Origin: a virus
Taxonomy: Duplodnaviria; Heunggongvirae; Uroviricota; Caudoviricetes
Length of the DNA stretch: 44,564 nt
IMG/VR virus record: IMGVR_UViG_2799113057_000001
Direction: 5' to 3' (one strand)
Of this stretch, positions 38,547 to 44,564 are shown one piece after another (positions within the stretch are counted from its first letter, which is position 1; each line of letters opens with the position of its first letter). The position numbers were made by a program, and so were the translations under genes. The notes beneath the pieces were generated by a model. It saw nothing but the letters and a program-made list of their open reading frames with translations. It was not told where the DNA came from and did not search any database.

Positions 38547-38718
38547 ATATGCGCGAGATCCCGTGCAGGTCACCTCTCGTCCGAGACTATGCGGCGTCGT
38601 GGAGATGCCTTCGCCAGGTAGAACGGGGGGCTGGCGTTGACACGGGATCTCGCGTGTTCAGCTTCTACGTCGCCTGGCGTGGGCTCCAGTGGGGTGCCAC
38701 GACACGCCGAGGATTGAG

Positions 38719-38791
38719 CAGCGTCGACGGGAATCGAACCCGCGCGTCCCGAGATGAAAGCCCGGGTGCCTAGCCATCACAGCACGACGCC
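38719..38791 (-). tRNA. tRNA-Glu(TTC)
   Basis: Loop CTTTCAT. Confidence 0.85.
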
Positions 38792-38857
38792 ATGGACGAG
38801 ACCGCGACCGTCGTCGCGACCTCTGATACCGGCCACCGTTCGATGGTCGGGTACTTG

Positions 38858-38930
38858 CACGCCCGGCAGGACTCGAACCTACGTCTTCCGGTTTTGGAGA
38901 CCGGCGTCTTAGCCGCTAGACCACGGACGC
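38858..38930 (-). tRNA. tRNA-Trp(CCA)
   Basis: Loop CTCCAAA. Confidence 0.9.
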
Positions 38931-38961
38931 ATAGGGGATAGATCGATAGATCCCCATAAAG

Positions 38962-39043
38962 CGGAAGACGGAGCTCTGATCCCCATCGCTGAAGCGACCA
39001 ACGGTGTTCGAAGCCGTGCGCGCGCCGGGCGCGTTCATCTTCC
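38962..39043 (-). tRNA. atypical tRNA-Ser(CGA), 8-bp acceptor, aberrant T arm
   Basis: GGAAGATG/CGTCTTCC; loop TTCGAAC; T loop ATCAGAG. Confidence 0.65.
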
Positions 39044-39066
39044 AAGATTCGGCCGGCGGTGCGGCC

Positions 39067-39145
39067 TGGTGCCCCCAGCAGGATTTGAACCTGCGACCCT
39101 CCGATTAAAAGTCGGTGGCTCTGGACCAGACTGAGCTATGGAGGC
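39067..39145 (-). tRNA. tRNA-Lys(TTT)
   Basis: Cloverleaf; CCA. Confidence 0.9.
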
Positions 39146-39149
39146 GAAG

Positions 39150-39222
39150 TACCCACGCCGAGAGTTGAACTCGGGGCCTCCTGCTTCGGAGGCAGGCGCT
39201 CTATCCACTGAGCTACGCGGGC
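39150..39222 (-). tRNA. tRNA-Arg(CCG)
   Basis: Cloverleaf. Confidence 0.9.
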
Positions 39223-39236
39223 TGAAATCTTGTTTG

Positions 39237-39310
39237 TCGGGATGACACGATTTGAACGTGCGACCCTCTGCTCCCAAAGCAGATGCGCTACCAAGCTGCG
39301 CCACATCCCG
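39237..39310 (-). tRNA. tRNA-Pro(TGG)
   Basis: Cloverleaf. Confidence 0.9.
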
Positions 39311-39341
39311 TTTCGCGTCGTTGAGGCCGACGCGGGCCCGG

Positions 39342-39422
39342 TGCCGGCAGAAGGAATTGAACCCACTCACCCGAAAGAACGGCTTTACAGGCCGCTGCGC
39401 CTCGCCTCTGCGCCGTGCCGGC
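39342..39422 (-). tRNA. tRNA-Tyr(GTA)
   Basis: Loop CTGTAAA, long V arm; imperfect T stem. Confidence 0.8.
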
Positions 39423-39423
39423 A

Positions 39424-39500
39424 TGGTAGTCCCGGAGGGATTCGAACCCCCGACAACCCTGGGTGTAAACCAGGTGCTCTTCCAACTGAGCTACGAGACT
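39424..39500 (-). tRNA. tRNA-Val(TAC)
   Basis: Cloverleaf; CCA. Confidence 0.9.
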
Positions 39501-39525
39501 GAGACGGTGCCCAATGCGCCGCTTG

Positions 39526-39599
39526 CGCCAGTGACGGGACTTGAACCCGCGGCCTCCACCTTGACAGGGTGGCGAGCTAACCAGCTGCTCTACACCGGC
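39526..39599 (-). tRNA. tRNA-Asp(GTC)
   Basis: Cloverleaf. Confidence 0.9.
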
Positions 39600-39619
39600 A
39601 TTCGCGGCGGATTGCCGCG

Positions 39620-39696
39620 TGGTCGACCTGGATGGATTTGAACCAACTGCCTCCGCCTTATCAGGGCGGCGCTCTAACCAGATGAGCTACAGGTCG
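39620..39696 (-). tRNA. tRNA-Ile(GAT)
   Basis: Cloverleaf; CCA. Confidence 0.9.
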
Positions 39697-39726
39697 TTTT
39701 GAGATCTTCGGTCTTCTGGACCGTTG

Positions 39727-39799
39727 TACCGCGAGAGGGATTTGAACCCCCGGCCCCCTGCTTCGTAGGCAGGTGCTCTCTCCACTGAGCTACCGCGGC
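39727..39799 (-). tRNA. tRNA-Arg(ACG)
   Basis: Cloverleaf. Confidence 0.9.
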
Positions 39800-39800
39800 T

Positions 39801-39888
39801 TGGTGTCGATGACAGGAGTCGAACCTGCACACCCTGTAATGGGCGCCAGCTCCTCAAGCTGGTGCGTCTGCCGTTCCGCCACACCGAC
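39801..39888 (-). tRNA. tRNA-Leu(GAG)
   Basis: Long V arm; CCA. Confidence 0.9.
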
Positions 39889-39894
39889 ATTGCG

Positions 39895-39967
39895 TGGTCC
39901 CGGCCGGAATCGAACCGACCTCTCTTGGGCTTCAACCGAGCGCTTGAACCAGTTCAGCTTCGGGACC
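39895..39967 (-). tRNA. tRNA-Phe(GAA)
   Basis: Loop TTGAAGC; one stem mismatch. Confidence 0.8.
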
Positions 39968-39975
39968 ATCCCGGG

Positions 39976-40046
39976 TGAAAGGGGCGGGAGTTGAACCCGC
40001 GTGCGACTGGCGTCCCAGCTGGCAGACCGTCAATGCCAACCCTCTC
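39976..40046 (-). ncRNA. tRNA-like RNA with a 4-nt loop in place of the anticodon loop
   Basis: Acceptor GAGAGGG/CCCTTTC, D stem GGCA/TGCC, arm GCTGG-GACG-CCAGT, T arm GCGGG-TTCAACT-CCCGC. Confidence 0.75.
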
Positions 40047-40098
40047 GAAGCGCCTATCGGCCACCGCGTTGGCGGTGCTTACGAATGGGCGCTCAACG

Positions 40099-40173
40099 TA
40101 GTCCGTACCGGATTCGAACCGGTGATCTTCTGGCTGAGAACCAGGTGTCTTGGGCCAACTAGACGAACGGACC
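40099..40173 (-). tRNA. tRNA-Glu(CTC)
   Basis: Cloverleaf. Confidence 0.9.
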
Positions 40174-40217
40174 AGGAAACTCGTCTCTCCGAGCCGTCAC
40201 GGGTCTGTTCCCCGTCG

Positions 40218-40685
40218 TCAGATGTGCGCTGGTCGGAACGGTTCACGGATCAGCTTCATCCCCGCTTCCTCCGGCGTGCGGTCTGCCTTGCGGCCGTTGC
40301 ACGGCTCGCACGCGCCTACCTGGTTCGTCCACGATGACGGCGCACCGCCGCGCGAACGCGGGAACACGTGATCGATCGTGGTGGCCTTGGCGCCGCAGCC
40401 GAAGTACTGGCACAGGTAGTTGTCTCGGCGCAGAATCTCTGCACGCGAGGCCAACTCCGGATCGCGGCGGTATGGGACAGGGGCGTACCGAGTCAGCAAC
40501 AGCGACTTGGGCACCTCCACCTCGGCGCTCGGCGAGCGGACTATGCGTGGGGGCACGTGGGCCTCCAGCGCGTATGCCACATCACGCAGAAGCATGCCGA
40601 CCGCGTCTTGCCAGCGTACGGTGTCGAGAAATGAATAGTCGGCGTTGAACACCCGCACGGAAGGCGCGGGCACGGTCATCGTCAT
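40218..40685 (-). CDS. HNH endonuclease (McrA/COG1403-like)
   Basis: ILRRDNYLCQY...TIDHVFPRSRGG...WTNQVGACEPCNGRK; AAGGAGG RBS. Confidence 0.9.
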   Translation of the reverse strand: MTMTVPAPSVRVFNADYSFLDTVRWQDAVGMLLRDVAYALEAHVPPRIVRSPSAEVEVPKSLLLTRYAPVPYRRDPELASRAEILRRDNYLCQYFGCGAKATTIDHVFPRSRGGAPSSWTNQVGACEPCNGRKADRTPEEAGMKLIREPFRPAHI

Positions 40686-40756
40686 GGCGCCGCGCCTCCT
40701 TTCCGTGTTCTGGGCGGGCCGGGATGGCGCGAATGCGCCCTATTGCAACGGGGTAG

Positions 40757-40829
40757 TGGAAGCTGCGGGGCTCGAACCCGCCACCTCCTGCTTGCAAGGC
40801 AGGCGCTCTACCAGATGAGCTAAGCCCCC
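40757..40829 (-). tRNA. tRNA-Ala(TGC)
   Basis: G3:U70. Confidence 0.9.
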
Positions 40830-40992
40830 AAAGAGAGGTGTCTGTCGAACACGCTGTGGACTCGACTCTTTCCGATGTGCCGGGGGGATACCCGAGGACT
40901 ACGGCGCCTCCACGCCGCCGCACCAAGCCGGGCACGGTCACTGCTCCTATTCAGCGGTCACCACCGCAGGTACGCGTCCCTACTCGGTAGCG

Positions 40993-41065
40993 CTGACCTG
41001 GAAGGAATCGAACCTTCAACCACGCGATTAACAGTCGCGCGCTCTGCCAATTGAGCTACAGATCA
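40993..41065 (-). tRNA. tRNA-Asn(GTT)
   Basis: U1:A72, G73. Confidence 0.9.
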
Positions 41066-41067
41066 AT

Positions 41068-41362
41068 GTATTTGGGACTGAGATTAGGTCCCAAAGCAAC
41101 GGTCCTCTCGTCGGATTATGGTTTCTCGACTTATCCACCAGGTTTCCCTAGGTAGCCGTCACGCCGGGCTGCTTGCGGCAGCCACTCGTCATGCCACGGT
41201 CTACTCCGCGAAGTCTCGATACAGACAAGGGCAGCTAACCCCTGAACCGCTCTGACACCTCACGGACTTCCGATCACCTTGCGAGTTCACGGTTGCCTCG
41301 GTTCCCTTTGCAGGGCCGAGGATTACGGCGCTTTCGAGCCGTGGCAGGGAAAGTCTTTCGCT
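41068..41362 (-). ncRNA. large GNRA-rich structured RNA candidate (segment A)
   Basis: At least five GNRA-capped hairpins and a terminal TTTGGGAC/GTCCCAAA stem; no credible ORF. Confidence 0.65.
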
Positions 41363-41439
41363 TGGAATAAACACGCCGGACTTGAACCGGCGACCTACCG
41401 TTCCAGAAACGATTGCTCTGCCAATTGAGCTAGTGCTTG
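41363..41439 (-). tRNA. atypical tRNA-Gln(CTG)
   Basis: Loop TTCTGGA; C1-A72 mismatch; Asn-like D arm. Confidence 0.7.
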
Positions 41440-41440
41440 T

Positions 41441-41850
41441 TGACTGAGGATGTGCTTTCCCGCGAAGTTCCGTGACCTTTTGAGCCACAGAATGCTTCAC
41501 ACCCTCGCGCTTGGCCGCCAAGCCGCTGCGCTCTCGTCCGTGCACCGATGCGCCCACCGGATTCCGAAGTCATGGGAACCGCCCTCGCCTGGCGAGCTCG
41601 GACTGGTGTTCCCTCGCACCCCGCTGGCGATCCTCGTTCACGTGACGGTGTCGGCGCTGCGTAGCGCCGACGCGAAGGTGAGCACTCGCCGTCCCTTCTG
41701 CCGTCGAACTCGAACCGCTGTGGCACCCGGTTGCCCAGGTACTCCTTGCGGAAGCCGTGCATGGTGTGCCGCATCGCCGTAGAGATGTGGTGGCGGGGTG
41801 TCACACCCACCTTTCGCGGAGTCGCCTCCGGTTGTCGAGCCATGCCTCGT
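41441..41850 (-). ncRNA. large structured RNA candidate (segment B)
   Basis: UUCC-GCAA-GGAG, CCUGG-GCAA-CCGGG, 9-bp GUCGGCGCU/AGCGCCGAC, GCUUGG/CCAAGC hairpins. Confidence 0.55.
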
Positions 41851-41852
41851 TG

Positions 41853-41926
41853 TACCCCTCCCCGGATTCGAACCGGGAACCTTCGGCACCTGAAGCCGAC
41901 GCCTCTGCCAGTTGGGCCAGAGGGGC
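41853..41926 (-). tRNA. tRNA-Leu(CAG) with short variable loop
   Basis: Loop TTCAGGT; 5-nt V region; A73. Confidence 0.85.
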
Positions 41927-41930
41927 ATGT

Positions 41931-42001
41931 TGGTTGTGGGCCGGATTCGAACCGGGACCGCTCGGGGTCCGCCCGCCGCTCTGCCACTGAGCTACCACTA
42001 C
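41931..42001 (-). ncRNA. tRNA-like RNA with defective anticodon arm
   Basis: Canonical D arm and TTCGAAT T loop, ends ACCA; arm CGGG-CGGAC-CCCG, no U33. Confidence 0.65.
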
Positions 42002-42161
42002 GACGACCTAACACGCCGGGCTGTTCTGGTCCAAGGCGGCCTGCCCGTGCTCCTGTTCAGCGGTCAAGATTCGAGGCGGCAAGTCCTGTTTACCGATCCG
42101 GGTGATCGGCGCCGATCTGACGGCAACCCCATCCGCGTCCCACTACGGATGCTCACGAACC

Positions 42162-42237
42162 TGGAGCGGATGACGGGGATCGAACCCGCGACCTGCACCT
42201 TGGCAAGGTGCCGCGCTACCAACTGCGCTACATCCAC
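42162..42237 (-). tRNA. tRNA-Gly(GCC)
   Basis: U73, CCA. Confidence 0.9.
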
Positions 42238-42380
42238 ATTGGAAACCCATGCCTTGCGGCGAGGTGCACCTTCGCTTGCCCAGCACGGCGCGGCCGTCGA
42301 ACGACCCCTGCATGGGCGGAGGGGTGCCGGGACTGACGGTTCCGCATTCCGCTCGCGCAGCGGGTGGTCACCGACAACCG

Positions 42381-42455
42381 TGGAGCCACCATCGGGGGTT
42401 GAACCCGAGGCCTCGTTCTTACCAAGAACGCGCTCTGCCACTGAGCTATGGCGGC
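42381..42455 (-). tRNA. tRNA-Thr(GGT)
   Basis: Cloverleaf; CCA. Confidence 0.9.
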
Positions 42456-42475
42456 ATAACCCGAAAGTGGGGGAG

Positions 42476-42550
42476 AGCCCCAAGCCGGATTCGAACCGGC
42501 GACCCTCTGCTTACAAGGCAGATGCTCTGGCCGGACTGAGCTATCAGGGC
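42476..42550 (-). tRNA. tRNA-Thr(TGT)
   Basis: Cloverleaf. Confidence 0.9.
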
Positions 42551-42663
42551 GTTGTGGTGGTGATCCTGGAACGGGGCCATAGCGTCGAACATGCTCCTGG
42601 AGCGCCACCTGCGAAGACCACTGCCACGCGGGCGATTAACTCCGCACAGTGGGATTCGCGATG

Positions 42664-42735
42664 CTGCCCAGGGAGGATTCGAACCTCCACCGACCTGATC
42701 CAGAATCAGGAGTCCTGCCGTTAGACCACCGGGCA
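42664..42735 (-). tRNA. tRNA-Gln(CTG)
   Basis: U1:A72, G73. Confidence 0.9.
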
Positions 42736-42761
42736 ATGTGCGTTTCGGGTCCGCCGACCTG

Positions 42762-42833
42762 CTGCCTCGCCAGGGCTCGAACCTGAACTCCCGGAGCCAA
42801 AATCCAGTGGGCTGCCGATTACCCCACAAGGCA
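42762..42833 (-). tRNA. tRNA-Gln(TTG)
   Basis: U1:A72, G73. Confidence 0.9.
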
Positions 42834-42851
42834 TTGTTCATTCGGACGCGG

Positions 42852-42936
42852 TAGCCCTGGAGGGAATCGAACCCACACGTCCTGTCGGACACCGGAGTTT
42901 GAATCCGGCGCGGCTGCCATGTTTCGCCACAGGGCC
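42852..42936 (-). tRNA. tRNA-Leu(CAA)
   Basis: Long V arm. Confidence 0.9.
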
Positions 42937-43016
42937 AAGATGTTTGGAGAAGGTCGGCAGTGATCCGGTACCTGGCACCGACCAGCTGGCATCACCAGTT
43001 CCGCACCGCGGGCCGA

Positions 43017-43083
43017 AGCCAACGCAGGGAATCGAACCCCGTGGCGAAGGGACCGTCCTCTGTCCCTACCCACCGTCGTGGGC
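43017..43083 (-). ncRNA. tRNA-like RNA lacking a D stem, with an 8-nt anticodon-position loop
   Basis: Acceptor GCCCACG/CGTTGGC, T arm CGGGG-TTCGATT-CCCTG, stem AGGGAC/GTCCCT. Confidence 0.55.
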
Positions 43084-43089
43084 ACCAAG

Positions 43090-43161
43090 AGCGAGCGACG
43101 GGAATCGAACCCGCATCATCAGATTGGAAGTCTGAGGTCGTAGCCATTGGACCACGCTCGC
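43090..43161 (-). tRNA. tRNA-Gly(TCC)
   Basis: U73. Confidence 0.9.
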
Positions 43162-43164
43162 AGC

Positions 43165-43645
43165 GTCCCGGATTGTTGCGCCCGACGGGACCACTCGGTG
43201 TTCGGATTTCTAGCCTGCCGCCAGAACGAGGCGGCTCCTGCTCCGTCAAGGGCTGCATTATCGCCCCCGTGTCTGTCCACGGCGCCACATCGGTGTGCCG
43301 GTGTCCCTCTCTGATTCGACCCACCCGAAGGTGTCTTACCCTGCACCGTGCCGCTCACCGTTGGGTGCCCCTACTGGGTGAACGGGTTGTCGTTTCGCGG
43401 TGAGATGCCGCGCCGCCCCGCCTTGCGAAGGAGGAGTGGGATCGGAGCAATCGAGCTGTGGACGGTTGGCGGTATATCTCACGCCGATCGGTGCCGTCCC
43501 CACACCCCAACCGGGCTCTGACACCGGAAGACCTGCGAGAGGGGAGGAGCCGATTGATGGTCGGTTGCGGCACTCTGGCCGCCTACCCAGTGCCCGGCAC
43601 CACCCGCTGGTACGTGTGCGGTCTACTTCACCGCACGGCGCACTA
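43165..43645 (-). ncRNA. ~480-nt structured RNA candidate (segment C)
   Basis: CACC-UUCG-GGUG, GUGCGGU/ACCGCAC, GCCGCC/GGCGGC, GUCCCG/CGGGAC hairpins; no credible ORF. Confidence 0.5.
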
Positions 43646-43647
43646 CG

Positions 43648-43721
43648 TACGCCCCCGGGGTCTCGAACCCCGTACCCCCTGATTAAGAGTCAGGTGCTCT
43701 GGCCAGATGAGCTAGAGGCGC
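43648..43721 (-). tRNA. tRNA-Lys(CTT)
   Basis: Cloverleaf; first tRNA of the array in transcription order. Confidence 0.9.
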
Positions 43722-43950
43722 ATATCCGTTTGGTTGCAATGGATTTACACCAAATCAACCAAACGGAACTCATGCCTACTCCCTGACGGAAAGCTGGCAT
43801 GAGGGCCGGGCGCATGGCGGCGCCCGGCGTACCGCCCCGACAGGAGGATTGAGGATGAGCATGCTCGACTGGCTGACCGGTCATTGACTCTCTTGGGAGC
43901 CCCGGGCGCCGAGACGGCTTGTTCATCGACCCTCGTGAGGGGCGGTGCAT

Positions 43951-43976
43951 CACACACTCTGGAGTTTTCAAAGTCC
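43951..43976 (-). promoter_or_regulatory. rrn-leader boxA/CL2-like element CTTTGAAAACTCCAGAGTGTGT
   Basis: Resembles the mycobacterial rrn leader TTTGAGAACTCAATAGTGTGT (recalled consensus); about 230 nt upstream of the first tRNA. Confidence 0.6.
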
Positions 43977-44564
43977 TGGCAGGAGAACGCCTTAGCGTCC
44001 CGCGTGCGGCAGCGAATCGAGCGATCTTCTCGTTCGTGCTGAGCATGATGGTGCTACGGAATACGAGTCTTGTAAAGCGCAATTTACCTAAATCGGCTGT
44101 GTGGCAAGGTAATTCAAAGCGTGCTGAACTAAGGGAGTGTCAGCGGACATCCCTAGCAGCGGAAACGCAAATATTGAGATTTTTATGAGATTTGTTCCCT
44201 GGCCCTTGCTTCCGATCGGGGCGCTCGCCCATGGGGAGGGCGGATAGGTCATATCGGGGTGACCGGAAGCATCTGGGCTGGCCGAAATCGTGGCTCGTGG
44301 CCGTGGAGAGCTCTTGGGTCTTGATGACCGATTCCAGCCACGACAAAGCCGCCGGTGATGCTGTCTGCATCCCGGCAACTCGCTGGTCGAGGCGTATCAA
44401 AGTCACGAGCTGACGGTATCACTGGTCAGCGACATTGCCCAGCTAAATTCGGCGAGGTGAGGTGCTGCGTTTGGCCGCGGAGTGTGGTTTCAGCTGATCA
44501 GGCGGTGTAGCGTCTGGCCAACGCTAAAGATGTTGGCGCAATCGATTTGTTCTCGGTTATAGAG

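Noticed and set aside
36347-39043. Possible tRNA-Sec (GGAAG...CTTCCG ends resemble selC)
   Set aside because: Anticodons read TGA and CGA, not TCA; no selA/selB in the window
40875-40900. 6C RNA (CCCCCC run on the minus strand)
   Set aside because: Only one C-run hairpin; 6C needs two
41068-43645. tmRNA or RNase P RNA as the identity of the large spacers
   Set aside because: No tRNA-Ala-like ends with a tag ORF, and no GAGGAAAGUCC or other RNase P core motifs
34597-44413. Dozens of 60-270-aa ORFs in the track across the tRNA array (e.g. 41912-42724, 37131-37967, 41430-42014)
   Set aside because: They run through tRNAs or structured RNA, lack RBS and motifs; shadow ORFs of GC-rich DNA

Overview
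GC-rich actinobacterial (mycobacterial-looking, by inference from the PE/ESX-type cargo, phage-type ORFs and rrn-like leader) accessory DNA, most consistent with a large plasmid or prophage-like island; no core housekeeping genes. Layout: (1) 1-5.9 kb leftward recombination-type module (ART-like protein, helicase-associated repeats, PD-(D/E)XK exonuclease, RuvC-like resolvase); (2) an 89-bp imperfect inverted repeat around an AT-rich core, followed by a protein with about 7 HTH_17/Xis-like domains; (3) 10.8-19.1 kb phage-like operons with an ATP-grasp protein, an rIIA/rIIB pair, many small ORFs, a 59-aa ORF carrying the sigmaA/B region 1.2 motif and a truncated tyrosine recombinase; (4) 19.9-27.9 kb type VII (ESX) cargo cluster without secretion-machine genes; (5) 27.9-34.5 kb two XRE regulators, a DUF3800-like gene followed by a structured RNA, a GNAT, and a duplicated tRNA-Ser 3' end; (6) a minus-strand tRNA array (33.8-43.7 kb) with 37 readable tRNAs covering all 20 amino acids, 3 anticodon-defective tRNA-like RNAs, 8-bp-acceptor tRNA-Ser genes, two HNH genes, a DEDDh exoribonuclease, several large GNRA-rich structured segments (GOLLD/ROOL-like candidates) and an rrn-like antitermination leader. 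All family assignments are by motif recognition, not database search.
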